DNA of 64,000 nucleotides from Octopus vulgaris (taxonomy: Eukaryota). The stretch covers positions 110,794,001 to 110,858,000 of the forward strand of contig OX597817.1 of the NCBI GenBank assembly GCA_951406725.2, in the 5' to 3' direction. Made by a program: the position numbers and the translations under genes. Of the stretch, positions 1-13,270 are shown piece by piece; positions within the stretch are counted from its first letter, which is position 1; each line of letters opens with the position of its first letter. The notes under the pieces are model-generated. The model was not told the origin of the DNA. It saw nothing but the letters and a program-made list of their open reading frames with translations, and made no database searches.

Positions 1-305
1 CATACTCAAAGAGAATCTAGTGACACAAATATCAGCTATACAGCTAACAGAAAAGTAATAAAAGGATCATTCAGCATAATAAAAACAATTACAGAAGTGG
101 TAGTTTAGGTTTCAAATTTAAAGCAGTAGATTTAGTCACAGAGAAATGAGATTATATCTCATGAGCACATATGACTTTTAATCATAACATTTACTAATTA
201 GAGATTTACTTTCTACACACTTTACTTTACATTTACTTTTGGACATTTTCTGAAACATCATTGTCATTTCCTTTGACAAAAGCTTTAATTTAAAGTTTTC
301 AGAAC

Positions 306-510
306 ATTGGTTTCACACTTTGGCAGCTATTTTGAGGAAGAGGCTGATTACATTGACCCCAGTGTTCAGCTCGTCCTTATTTTATTGACCCCAAAAGGAT
401 GAAAGGCAAAGTCAACTTTGACAGAATTTGAACTCAGAACATAGAGATAGGCAGAATACTGCTAAGTATTTTACCTGGTATGCTAACAATTCTGCTAGCT
501 CACCACCCTA
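306..510 (-). mobile_element. SINE family A (tRNA-like head + Nin/Deu-like central domain), degenerate full-length copy
   Basis: The reverse complement has the head GGTGGTGAGCTAGCAGAA, a B-box-like GAGTTCAAATTC and the core GTTGACTTTGCCTTTCATCCTTTTGGGGTCAATAAAATAAG. It matches copies at 17303 and 48260. Confidence 0.85.
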
Positions 511-3384
511 AGTTTTCAAATATTAAAAGATTAATTTCATTGCAAATTAAAATATCGTTATTTGAATTCTGGGTAGCTTTAGTTAAACGTTTTGAATAAT
601 TACTTCTGATGACTCGATCTTAAAGTATATTTTAAAAGCTATTAAATTGTGTTACTTTAAAGTCTTTAGTTAATACAAACTACCAAAAATACTCTAATTG
701 TGAATTATTTAAGAAAACTTAATAAATTGTCTACATTAAAGACATTAAATTTAAGTTTTTAGAAAGAAAAACAAATGGAGAAAATCTTTGCACACTGGTT
801 TTAATTCCAGGTTAAAGCCATTTCTTTTTTTTATTCTATTACTAACACTTTTATTTTCTTTCTCCTCAAAATCTTCATTCTGTGAAAAGGAACAAGGAAA
901 TAATTTCAGTGTCTTTAAACATAAGCTATCAAAAATCTATAAAATGTAAGCATGCAACTAAGTCTGGAAAGAAAATGTAAGAGCTGGTATTTCACTTCTG
1001 TATTGTGGCAACTAGAAGTGAGATACGTCTTCCCCTGGATAAAACACTTATCCTTTTTAAATACCATTTCCAGGTAATATCAACGGCTGGGTGAACTTTA
1101 TATTGAAATTTAGTGTACTATCCAATGAAACATACACAAGTACACAGTGTGTATGAGTTTCTAGTCAACATAACATCTCGTATCTGCTTGGCCATTTTAT
1201 TTCTGTACTGAACAAACTTTGAGATATAATTGATACCTACCTAATTTGTTAATTCTACAACAGATAGCTAATAATTAAAAGCATACTAAAAATTTACAAA
1301 TATTGAACTGTTTGTGGTGTAAAGTTACTTTTAAGCAAATGTAGTATGATGTTGCTATACAGTGTTTTTTTTTTATATAATTAAAATCTTTCACAACTCA
1401 TTACAGACTGTTTTTTACAGTTGCTAATATCAGATAAAAGAAAATTCTTTAAGCCATATTAAAACAAAGCAATGTTTTGAGAAAAATAGCATTTTTTGTA
1501 AATTTTTATCATATTAGATTTAATATAAAAGAAGTTAGATTTCATTATGATTTTTTGTTTTAAGCAGCTATTAAGTCAATTTAAGCTTTTGTAAATTTAA
1601 ATTGATAGTTATTTGGTTTAAATTAAGCTAAATTTTCTAATTGATTTTAGATTCTTTGCTGTCAGTAGTATAGTATTCATCATTATTAGATTTCTTTTGT
1701 TTGATTTTGGACATTTAATTAAGTATAGTCCCATCGGTCTTCTACAGGCCAAAATAATCTTGTTGATTTGTAATATAGGCACAAATCCTTAAATTTGTGT
1801 GTGTGCATAGGAGGTAGTATAATTAAGATTGACTCCAGTTCCTGACTGTTACTTCCTTATTTTATCAACTCCCAGAAAAGCAAAGTTAACTTAGATGGGA
1901 TCCAGAATTATCATATAGCTAATATTAGAAAAATCCTGCACATATATGCAGACAAACACTCATACACACACTTGTATTCATTTGAATGGAAATAATTACA
2001 TTGAAACTTAAGTCAATAAACCTGTTGCATAACAAGTTACAGTGCAGACGGAATGAGGTTTGAGAATTTTGGAAAATTTCATTAAATTTAATCTGCAAGC
2101 TGTTACATTCAAATATGCTACAGGTTTGCTTTGTAACAAAGTAAATTACTCATATAATGTTCCTATGGGGGAACCTGGTAAAATTAGATTAAAGTTTGCT
2201 TTTCACTTGTTACCAAAAATATTGGCATAGTGTTTCTTTCCAGGCTGGTATTGCACTAATCTATTTGTATTTTTTATGTCTTGTCTTTCTGCTTGTTTGT
2301 CTTTGTTTGTCTGTCTGTATATCTGTTCCCCCGTCACTCTCTCCCACACATTCTCTCTCTCATACACACACCTTCCTTCTTTCTGATGATCCCCCTCTTC
2401 TCTCTCATTTTAGGGAGTCCCATTTTCAGAATGATGTGTTTTTTGCAGTCAATTGATTTTAGGAAGAAAACAAAAATACAATGTTTTGTGTGTGTATATG
2501 TGTCTTGGTGATGGGAGGTGGGATTTTAATACAGAAGCAAATTCTTTGAAATATCCCTCTCCTCCCCATTTTATCTTCACATAATGTTTTCATCTTCATA
2601 TTTTGTTTCCTAGAGGCCTATTTTAAATTTATTCTTGAAAAAAAAAATTCTTTTATGTTAATTCAGTTTATATAAATTTGATTTATTAATTACATTTAAA
2701 TAATTGTTTTTTAGAAATGTATTTTGTATATTTGAATTTAAAAGTTGGATTCAACTGTGTGCATGTATGTACGTGCCTGAATGCATCACTAATCAAGAAA
2801 ATCTAAGCATATGACTTTTTTTTTTTATATAGTTTTCATATTTTAAGTAACTACTGATTCATGATTTTTCTTTAAGAATAATTTTTTTTAGATATTATTC
2901 TTATTTAGATATTACTCTTAGCTGCTCTCTTGCCTTCAACACCATGTCTTACAGTCACTGGATTGCAACTATCATTTCCAGTTATAATAAAAGGTTATTA
3001 GCTTCATATAATAAAAGCAGCTTTGCACTTTTTCATACAGGTTTGATTTTGTGATTCTCTTTGCTTATAGGTGAATGCTTGGTAATTTGTATGTGTGTGT
3101 GTCTATTATTTACTTTGTTTTGAATCCCACTTTGATTTGGTGTTAGTCTATGACAAATAACATTTCCAGATGGTTTGGTATAATGCTACTGACAGCTCTG
3201 TGAATTGAGACAATGTTGGATGAAGTGGACTCCCCAGGAATGCTGACAAATGCATGCTGTTGATTAGAACTAGCAACATCTGCAATTGTCTCATCCCTAT
3301 TAGAAATTGATAAATATTAACTTCTTTTTTCATAATTTTTTAAATTTCCATTTTCTATTGTCTAGAACAGAGTGGAAGAATTTG

Positions 3385-3778
3385 TGTGATAATTTGACCT
3401 GTTAAAATTTTCCTAATCATGCCCTATCATCTTGAAAAAAAAGGAAGAATACAGTTGAAAAAATAGTCTTGACATATTGTCTAAAAAAAAAAACAACAAA
3501 AAAATGTGTGATCATAGTCGGTCTGTTTTCATCATAGGTCTACTCAATGTTGACCTTGGGCTAAACAACAAAATAAATATGGTGGGAATCTCCCTCAAAT
3601 CACACCTTATCTCAGAAAACACAAACATACTGCATAGTGTGGTCCTAGATACATTGTATTTGCAAAAAAAAATAATAATAAATAAAAATAAATAAAATAA
3701 AAGGCAAGATTGTCACAGCTGGAACACCTTTGATCATAAGTATTCTGGCAGTGTGACAGTGTAGAGGTAAACAACACA
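3385..3778 (+). mobile_element. Two tandem degenerate SINE family D copies
   Basis: Motifs ATCTCCCTCAAATCACACC, ATCATAGGTCTACTC and GGGCTAAACAACAA are shared with copies at 15757, 26310 and 59925. Confidence 0.6.
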
Positions 3779-5647
3779 GGTTAGGCACCATTGGGAGGTG
3801 TGGGCTGGGGCTGGCTGCTTGGTAATTGTGTCAACATTATTTACTGTCTTTGCTCCTACTGCTTATTCTATTCTCCATCCTACTTAAACCCACTTGATAC
3901 ACTTGACATGTTACTTCCAATTTGTCTTAACTCCTTGACCCCTAACAAAATATTTTACTGCATTCTTATTTCCCAGAAGTGCATATCTTTGGAACTTCCT
4001 TTCTGTTCACTTTTCTTGCTTCTTACAATATATTTCAAAGTAAACATAAACTATACTAAAAGCTAACACTAGCTAATATTTTTGTGAAATCACATGGATC
4101 TAGAGCAGGAGAGAAGACATTTTTTAGTACCAGGGCTGAATTGTAAGTGCAGAAGAACTCATTGAGGTACATTTGTGCTGATAAAATTAAATATTTAATT
4201 CTTACTGTCTTGTCTAATGTTGAAAACTTTCCTAAAAGTGCATCAGAGAATTTGTCAATGGATACTTTTAAATTTCAACGCAGGTTAAATTTTTGTCCTT
4301 GGATAAAGAGTGGCATACTACTGACCTAGTGTCTCAATCCTAATCTCTGGTTCCAGTAAGGTTTAGTAAATGAGAAATAAATCTTTTCCTGGAAAGAACA
4401 TTTATTAGTTTTTTGTTGTTAAACATAAAATTTTTTTATGCCAGAGGAATAGAATTCAGTTCTGCAAACAAAAATATTTACTCTTCATTTTTTTCTATAA
4501 TTCTATATTGCTAAATGATTGTTATTCAACTGTTTGTTCATTCACTCATTCATTCATTCAATATCCATTTTTTCATGCTAGCATGGGCTAGATGGGGCAG
4601 GTATTTTAATCACAATTTTAATCAAGTAACAAGAAGAGCAAAAGGCAAAATGAGATTGACATTGTGCTCTTCCTGTTTCTAAGCCTTACCTGTTTTTCAG
4701 GTAAGAGATTTTTTTTTTATTCCAGAGAATTTTGAAAGTGCAGAGCGAGTGGATTATTTGTTGACAGAAAATGTCAACAAATGTCAGTGATTGTAACCTT
4801 GTTGCAAATGAGGATGTTTCAATTCACACTTGTAGCTCAATGCAAATTGTAAACATTCAGATAGACATGTGCATGTGTGCATGCACCTGCACACACACAC
4901 ACACACAACTTATAAAACTCTAATGGTACATTGGGCCATATTTCAGGAGTAGAAGGAATGGTCTGAGTTGGGCACAACTGAAGAGGAGGGGCAAAAGAAA
5001 GCAATTAAAATTGGTAGAGGAACATTAAAATTGACAAGCAGTAATTGGGGGAGGGTAAAGATGATAAACCTACATAGTCAATGGCCAGGAAATGCTTACA
5101 CTCACCCCCACCCAACAACTACAGTTTGAGAGGATAATAAACTTGATAAGTAGTTGATAGGGAAAGGTAAAGAAACAACAGTGGACTTACATAAGAAAAT
5201 ATGTGTGGTGTGTGTGTGTGTATGTGAAAGCTGGCACTCCTTTGGTAATCAAACTCATGCCTTAATGATTGTGAGCTAGATATCCTAACTACTAAGCCAT
5301 GTGCCTTCACTACACACACACGCACACAGATAGATATGGAAAGCCTCGAGAAGTTTTGCTAAGTGGAACAAGACTGGCTTTGGGCCCCATATTCACTGGT
5401 CCTTATTTGGCTCATACCAATATACCAATTGAACCTGCCTCTTAAAGACACTGAATACAAATAAAAATCTACAACTTGGATGTAAGATCTGTAGTTTTTT
5501 CTTAGTTCTTTATAGATGTTCATCGTTTTGCCAGTTTAGATGAGACATTCACTACCACTGGGTAGCTGATCTCAGTAGTAGTGCAAGATTTATTCACCTG
5601 GCTCATAAAATAGCATCAGGCCTATTGTGTTTGCACAGAGATGCTGT

Positions 5648-6208
5648 GTTTTACTTGTTTCAGTCATTTCATTATGGCCATACTAGGGCACTGCCTTGAA
5701 AGGTTTTACTCAATTAACAAGCAGTAATAGAGTAAAACCCTAGGATTTATTTTTTTAAGTGTAATACTTATTCTATTGGTTCCTTTTGCTGAAGTCACAG
5801 GGATGTAAACACACCAACACTGATTGTCAAGCATTGGTGACACATACACACACACACACACACACTCATGATGAGCTTCTTTCAGTTTCCATCTACCAAA
5901 TCCAATCACAAGACTTTAGTCAGTCTAAGGCTATAGTAGAAGACACTTACCCAAAGTACCACATAGTGTGACTCAACCTAGAATCATGTGGTTTGGAAGC
6001 AAGCTTCTTATTTCTTTATTACCCACAAGGGGCTAAACATAGAGAGGACAAACAAAGTCAGACAAAGGAATTAAGTTGATTACATCGAATCCAGTGCATA
6101 ACTGGTACTTAATTTATCAACCCTGAAAGGATAAAAGGCGAAGTCTATCTCAGCGGAATTTGAACTCAGAACGTAACCGCTTCTTATCACACAGTAACAC
6201 CTGCCCCT
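5648..6208 (-). mobile_element. SINE family B (tail type i), interrupted near its 5' end by a SINE A
   Basis: It matches the reverse complement of 48867-49290 (TTACTTGTTTCAGTCATTT ... CTTCTTTCAGTTTCCATCTACCAAATCCA). The 5' tip resumes after ~6180. Confidence 0.8.
6009..6177 (-). mobile_element. 5'-truncated young SINE A inserted in SINE B
   Basis: Highly similar to 48260-48425. It is flanked by the direct repeat GCTTCTTAT (6003-6011 and 6180-6188), a likely target-site duplication. Confidence 0.85.
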
Positions 6209-7039
6209 ATTTTTATTGGAGTATTCCCCCAATACTCCTCCTTTGGGACATTCCTTCTTGTGGATAGCATCTATCCAGCACAATCTTGGTCTGGTGTCAA
6301 CACTAAAGTCTAGGCAAATAAAAGATAAGAAAAGCAGTACCACTATAAACATAGCTTTTGAGACCAATAACAATAACACCAAAAATGTTGTATTAATATA
6401 TCATACATAAAAATACAACTTAAAGTAAAAGGAAATCTTTATGATATATTGCAATTAGATTTTTCCTATTTTATTCACTTCGTTTCCATTGTCAAATATT
6501 GTATCTCTTGCTCTTCTCAGTTTTGTTTTATTATGGTATAATATTCAATACCAAACAATTATTTTTGACAAGCAATATCGTCAGAAAGAAAGAAAGAAAG
6601 AATTTTCTTAATAGTGAATAATAAATATGAAAATAAAAACATGATAAAATATATATGAAAGAAATACTAAACAAAATAGTTCTGCATAAACAACTTTAGC
6701 TTGTAATTAAGTACTTTGGGTTTTTAAAACATCTCTGTCTTTCTCACATATTACTACACACACATAAGCACGTGCATACAAACACACATAAAGAAGTCCC
6801 TTTCTTTCTAATGTATATATATTTATTGATTTAGTTTTATTGGTTATTTGGTATATTTTCCTACATCTATCTCTCTTTTTTACCCTGAATTTTGATACTA
6901 TATTTTATATATTAATTTTGATTACTTTTTTTTAGATAGGGAAATATATTGGAATATATATATATATATTTATAAGCACAGACATGTATGTATGTATATG
7001 TGTACATACACACGCAAATGTGTGTGTGCGTGTATACAG

Positions 7040-7455
7040 TGCTGGCATAGCTGTGTGGTTAAGAAATTTGCTTCCAATCTATGTAATTTGAGGTTCATCT
7101 TCACTGTGTAACACCTTCAGCAAGTCTTCTATTATAGCCCTGAGTTGACCTAAGCTTTGTGAGTGAATATAATTGATGGAAACTGAATGAAGCCTTTTAT
7201 ATGTATATGTGTGTGTGTTTACATTTGTATTCCATGATAGTTGTGATCTATAAGCAGTGTTGTTGTTGTTGTCATTTCTCTTCTCAACTAATTGTTTGTT
7301 CACTTTGCTCCTTTGAATATATGTGAAATCTGAGATACTTAACTTGAAAATCAGGTAAGGGTTTGTGACAGGAGGAGCACCCAGATGTAAAACATTTCCT
7401 CAATAATATACATGTTTAACCCATGTTAGCATAGAATACTGGATGTATAAACAAG
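7040..7455 (+). mobile_element. SINE family B (tail type ii, RTE-like 3' end)
   Basis: Head GCTGTGTGGTTAAGAA...GGTTCA, then GGAAACTGAATGAAGCC, a TG/TA microsatellite, and the tail AACCCATGTTAGCAT. Confidence 0.7.
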
Positions 7456-7839
7456 GAAAAAAAAAAGGGGGGGGACTTATTGCTAGAATTTGAACCAGTG
7501 GAAAACAAGTGTATGAACTTATCCTTAAAAAAATAGATGCTATTCTAAGTTAAAGTAAAAACAAAGTACATTTAGTGTATATCAAATATTAAAATTTTAC
7601 ATTGTGTTTATTGTTTTGTATGTTGTGTAGTTATATTTGCTTTACCCCTATCATTTTATTGGAGCTTTGGTCAGAGTTTTCATTAATGTTCTCTTCTTCA
7701 TGAAGCAGATTGCTAATGTATTGTCAGCTTGCTAGCTATCTGAAGTATTTTTTATTTATTTATTTATTCATTATTTCTTCTCTTCATCGTAATATTCATT
7801 ATTTTCTTCTTTTACTCCTTCCTGTGTATTGTACTTCAG

Positions 7840-7917
7840 GCATGGAGATATGCTATGCTCAAACTGCAGCATAGAATCAATAATGTGGAAACTTGTAGAT
7901 GTGAAGATCAGCTATAA
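7840..7917 (+). other. Candidate short terminal or poison exon (AWRYAMLKLQHRINNVETCRCEDQL*)
   Basis: A long pyrimidine tract ends in TTCAG at 7839 and is followed by 25 open codons to TAA. No recognised homolog. Confidence 0.2.
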
Positions 7918-9594
7918 ATACATACGTACTTGCGGACTTACCGCAAATGAGGGGAGGGGGAACAAAGCCATTATTTGTGTGTATTTGTATATGTGATTTT
8001 TCTGTTTTTGTGTTTGTGTGTGTTATTCACTAGTGTGTATATATACATTTAAAACATATTCCATGAAGCAAATGGAGAAAGGCCCCTTTTAATTGTTGGT
8101 AACTTTTCTAATGTTGCATGAGGAACAGCAGTAAATATTTTATAACATTCACTGATCTATTGAAATTTGTTAGACTTTATATTCCTTTTCTGTATTTTAT
8201 ATTCTGCCCATTTACTTTCACCATCATCATCATCATCATCACTACTTACAAATGTTTTATCGATGCATTTATATCTTTACAGAAGTTAGAAAGCCTATGT
8301 TGTAAGAAAAAAGCAAAAAGATAGTACAGTTATTATACATAACTTTTAGTATATTACTGGTATTTATTTTATCAAATCTTCTTCCTCTGCAGTGCTTGAA
8401 TTGAATTCAAGAAGAGTGACTTATTAAATTTATTACTGTGAAGCCTCTAGCTTGGCTTGCTACACTATCTTCATCAGATCTATTGTTCACATTCTCAGTG
8501 TCCATATAACATCTTTGCTTTGTTGTGATTCAGCTATCTGTTAAAAGTTTTCTTCATTGAAAGCAACAACAAAATTAGTAGTATGTTATATATAGTTACT
8601 ATAATAATTCATCTGTGATCAATGCTGATCACAGATATCAGTTATGATATTTACTAGGAGGCTCATCACAAGAAAAATAGATGCAAGCACAATTCTATAT
8701 TGTAATTGGTAACTATAGTTCTGTTTTTGTCTAGGAGTGAATTGTCTAATTCATGTATCATATAAAACTCAGTGAGTTTTGTGATACTTGATGACACTGT
8801 AATCATCATCATTATTATTTAATGTATATATATCATGCTGGTGTAGTTTGGTGATATTTTTACATATATTAGCAGGGGGTTCAACTTAGCCGTCCACAAT
8901 AGTAGTTCTGATAACTATGTATCATTTTAAAATATTGATGTTTCTAAGAATCACAATATCTTAAGAAGCCAATGTGTCTTTCCATATTTAATGCTGTTAA
9001 GTGTTAATGAGTTGATTATTCTCATTAATCATGTTTCAGTCAATTCTTGACAATGTGTCCAAAATACATAGAGATAATAAATTGTATTCCTTTAGATTCT
9101 GAGTGCAAAGTCTTTCAGAATTGACTGTGCTTTTCATTCCTTCAGAGTTGATAAAACAAATGCTAGTAATATACTTAGCCAACTCAGTAGATTGTACTAA
9201 AAATTTGATCTTATATTTAGAGATCAGTTAGAGTGTATGGTAGAATGTTGAATTAAGTTTCTGACTTGAGTGTTTCAATTGATTATTCAATATAATCAAG
9301 ACTTTAGAGTAGCTTCAAATAGTTGCATGTTTATATATATATATTGTGTTGGTATTTACTGTTTAGAATTGCCTGTCAACATTCATTTTATAATGGGATT
9401 TTAATAGAGATCTTAATTTAAATATGAACACATGAAAAATACAAAAAGTCTTAGGTAGATGGTAATAAAATGTTTAGGTATTACTTCCCATGTCGTCATA
9501 GGTGAGGATGTATATTTGCATCGTTCAAAGCTGTTTGGTTTTCTTACTGTTAATAACACAGCTATGAAGTAAAAGTGGAATCTGGATTTTTTTT

Positions 9595-9782
9595 TTAGTT
9601 ATTTAGCATCTAAGTCAGTCTTAATTGAACAGGCCTACGATCAAAGCCATTCCAGTCATGACCATCCACTTTTTTTTTTCTTATGTGCGAGGACAACACT
9701 CAATGTCCTTTTAGATTTAAAGACAATTTGGTTGCTATTTCTAACATGACAAGCAACCATATAGAAGCTCCTTATTTGGCTT
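9595..9782 (-). mobile_element. SINE family D
   Basis: GCCTACGATCAAAGCCATTCCAGTCATGACCATCC ... GCTATTTCTAACA ... CCTTATTTGGCT, as in 15757 and 26310. Confidence 0.7.
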
Positions 9783-10019
9783 ATGAAACCTTGAGTGAAT
9801 CAGAGACAGGGTTGTACATAGCTGTAGTAAGGTTTGAACTCAGTATATATAGTAGCCAAACATGTTAAGGTTCCTGCGTATTTCTCATAAATAAGTAGGT
9901 ACTGTTCAGTGAAAAAAGAAAGAAAATTATGAATTACTTTCGTTTTCTTAAAATTACAGAGCTTCAATTGAGTCAAAGAACAAGATATGTAATTGTGATT
10001 TATGAAAGCTACTGTGTTT

Positions 10020-10232
10020 AATTTTTTAGTTACTATTTCTGCTGAAATACACTGTCTTTGTTGCTATTAATTTTTAAAATAATGACAAATTTAATAAAAT
10101 AACTTTATTAGATTGGTATTTGGATGATACATGAAATTCTGATGGAAGCTTTTAATTTAGATCACTTGAAAACAGAGAGTTTGTATCATAAAATCAGGGA
10201 ACACTTCGGCAGTTTGGTTTCAAAAGGGCTAA
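10020..10232. mobile_element. Degenerate piggyBac-like MITE related to 12168-12389
   Basis: Colinear similarity with 12168-12389, ending TTGGTTTCAAAAGGGCTAA. Confidence 0.55.
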
Positions 10233-11205
10233 AGTGCATAAGACTGCATATATAGTGGGTTACCACAGACTTTAAAACCATGTATACTGAACTCTGTGAT
10301 TATGTAAACTTGAATAATGTTTCATGAAATAAATGTCAGGTTTCTCTACTTTTCAAGTCCTTTTCTGCAGGCACAGGAAAAGGAATTACATAGACAGAGT
10401 ATAGAAATTTATTAGTTTTGCACTAGTATCGAAATTTATTATTTTATCACACAGCTAATAGAGACTGTGCTCATGAGTTCATACCTTGTTTAAAACCTTG
10501 CATTGTACCCTTTAGTTTAGAAAGACTCATTTAATTCTATATGTGAATGAATCTTAATAGGAAAAATAAGTCTTATAGATTACCATCTCACTCCAGTGAA
10601 TGATAATTGTAAGGGAATCCAGCTGTGAATGTATAATTTACAAATATATAAAAATCTACAAAACTAGCCAACCCATATAAGCAAATGTGAACAAAACTGA
10701 AGATAATCTCTAAGTTTCAGATTAATTTGTTTAATACAAAACATAACCTTTCTTGGTGTTTATTTCTTAAGTAATTCTTATGGATGTCTTGGATAATTCA
10801 AATTGGTTATTTCCAAAATCCTCCTTGAAACAGTGTTCTAACATATACTTTTGTATGGATATGTATCTATATCTATCAATCTATCTCTCTCTCTCTCTCT
10901 CTCTACATACATATGTGTATACACACACACATTCACATGTACACAGTCAGGTGATGATAGTAATTCATAAGAAAGCAAGAAAGCAAATGTGTTATAGTGT
11001 AAGGATATCTGGTGCTAATTGTCCTCTTGCTTCATGGCTAGATGTCATGGATCATCTCTTTACATGAGTGGTGTGTTTGTGTGTACATAGTGTATATGCT
11101 TGCATAGTCTTTCTCTCCCTCTCTCCCCTTCTTTCTCCTGTCTCCTCTCTTGCCCTTCTCTATATATAAGTAAAGTAAAACTTACAATGTAATTATACAA
11201 CACAT

Positions 11206-11240
<35 letters not shown>

Positions 11241-11389
11241 ACTAAGGAATAGAAAGTGTCAATTGATATGAAACTTGTATGCATTGTGTGTATATGTAGA
11301 GGGACGGAGGGAAATTGTATGTCTCTAAGCAGATGCATGGAATATTCATAAAATAACTTACACTAATCTACACTGTCAATGTGTCTCCT

Positions 11390-12100
11390 TATGAAACATA
11401 TTTGTACATTCACTCTCTACTCTCCCCCACACTTTCACTTTTGTTCTCAGAAGATACATCATAATCCTACTCTGTCTTTGACAGTCCATCTGCTTCACAG
11501 ACATTATCTTTATATTTTTTCTGCCCCACCTCTTCCCTCATATACTGTCTCTCTTTCACTTTATCTCTCTGTGTGTTCAACTTTCTCTCTCTTAATATGT
11601 CTATCTTTATTTCTTTCTCTTCCCATCTGTCTTTACTTTTAACATGAGATAAAGACCCTTCCCCTCTCAAAAAGTTTTTTTGCTGCTCTGTCAATACTTG
11701 GCTATTTTCATTTTTCTCACTCCCACCATCATATTGTCGCCTTTTTTCTCATTCATATTTCTCTATCCCACTTCTTTCTCTCTCTCTCTCTCCCTCCCTG
11801 ATTTCTTTTCACTATTTATCATTCAGATATACACTGTTCTATCTACCAGTGTATCTCAACTTGCTCCATCTCCATCACATTTGTCCATGTGTTTGCATGC
11901 TTGTCTATCTGCAGCTCTGTTTCATCTTACTCTCCACCTCTTTCTCTGTTTCTCTCATTCTCCAGCTCTCACCATTGTATCCATGTATTCTTTCATTTGT
12001 ATTACCTGTTCAGTTTTCTCCTGGTTTTCATCCTCTCTTTCATAAATACCTTGTGTTTGTTTTCTTCACACACTCACACACTTTTTTTTCAGTATTATTC
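11390..12100. repeat. ~700-bp pyrimidine-rich (CT/TC) low-complexity tract
   Basis: Strong C/T bias on the + strand with degenerate (CT)n. It generates several spurious ORFs. Confidence 0.75.
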
Positions 12101-12167
12101 ATGTAAAAACAAACTCCTATCATGAGTGTTACATTGCATTTCAATAAAATTGAAATGTTTCTCTTAA

Positions 12168-12389
12168 CCCTTTTGTTACCATATTTCTGTTGAGATGCTC
12201 TGTGTTTCTTTCAGTTAATTTAAAATATAATAAAGAATTAGTAAAATAATTTAGTTTATCATTAAGCTAGTGTTAGGAACATAAATTGTGATTAAGGTTT
12301 GGTAGAAGATTTTAATTCAGAACTTTTGAAAACAAGACATTTGTACTACAGAGCCAGAGGCGGTTTTAGGCAGGTTGGTATCAAAAGGG
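12168..12389. mobile_element. piggyBac-type MITE
   Basis: TTAA on both sides (12164-12167 and 12390-12393). 14-bp TIRs CCCTTTTGTTACCA / TGGTATCAAAAGGG with one mismatch. Confidence 0.85.
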
Positions 12390-12859
12390 TTAAGCCCACG
12401 ACAACGTTTTTTTTTATCAGGCAACTAGGTTGCACTGACAGTAATCATATCAGCTGAGATCAGCAATTAGTGCACGACAACAGTTCAGCATATATTTACA
12501 TCATTTGCCTTAAAACATGCACTGTTTGTTTATGTAAACTGTCATTACTGCACGAACCATAAATTCAGCAAAACTGGTGTAGCTGGATGCGACTGTAAAT
12601 TCTGTGAAGGACCAGAAGAATTTGTTGAACACGTATGAATTTGATAGGAAGTCATAGTGGAAATAGTGGTGTAACTGCCAAAACTGCTGCTTTTATACTA
12701 TTATAGTGATGAAGTCTTGAACTGAGTTGGAAATATTTACATGAAGAGTCTAACAAACCTATCAGATTCCTTGAAATTTGCATGGTGGCCTCTATTATTG
12801 ATTCTGTTAGTGATAGTGGATATTTATACCAACTGGTACACAAACAGGTATAGAATCAC

Positions 12860-13012
12860 TGCAGAGTTCAAATGCCGCTGAGGTTGACTTTGTATTCATC
12901 TTTTTGGAGTTGATAAAATAAGTACCTGTTGAGTACTGGGAGTTGATGTAATCAAAAAGCTCTCTCCCACATTAATTTCAGGCCTTGTGCGTAGAGTACA
13001 AAGGATTATTAT
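12860..13012 (+). mobile_element. 5'-truncated SINE A
   Basis: GAGTTCAAATGCCGCTGAGGTTGACTTTG ... TTTCAGGCCTTGTGC and an (ATT)n tail. Confidence 0.75.
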
Positions 13013-13030
13013 TATAATTAATCAAAATTT

Positions 13031-13270
13031 AAGGCAGCAAGCTGACAGAATCATTGGCATACTGGACAAAATGCTTTGTGGTATTTTGCCTGGTGCTACA
13101 TTTTGAGTTCAATTTCAACCAAGGATGACTTTGCCATTTGTCCTTTATTTTTTTTTGGGGGGGGGGGGGTCAATTAATTAGGTACTAATGAAACACTGGG
13201 GTTGATATAATCGACTAGTTCTCTTCCCCAAAATTTCAGGCCTTGTGCCTTTAGTAGAAAGGATTATTAT
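13031..13270 (+). mobile_element. Full-length SINE A with target-site duplication
   Basis: Head AAGGCAGCAAGCTGACAGAA and tail GTAGAAAGGATTATTAT. Direct repeat ATTAATCAAAAT at 13017-13028 and 13269-13280. Confidence 0.85.

Noticed and set aside
847-879. Minus-strand acceptor followed by NEDFEEKENKS
   Set aside because: The donor is weak, and purine-rich composition alone can explain the peptide.
11379-12125. Cluster of hydrophobic, membrane-like ORFs
   Set aside because: Produced by a CT-rich low-complexity tract that is poor in stop codons.
13148-13169. Poly-G runs (also ~37649-37661) as G-quadruplex elements
   Set aside because: They are homopolymer expansions within or next to repeats, and their length may be a sequencing or assembly effect.
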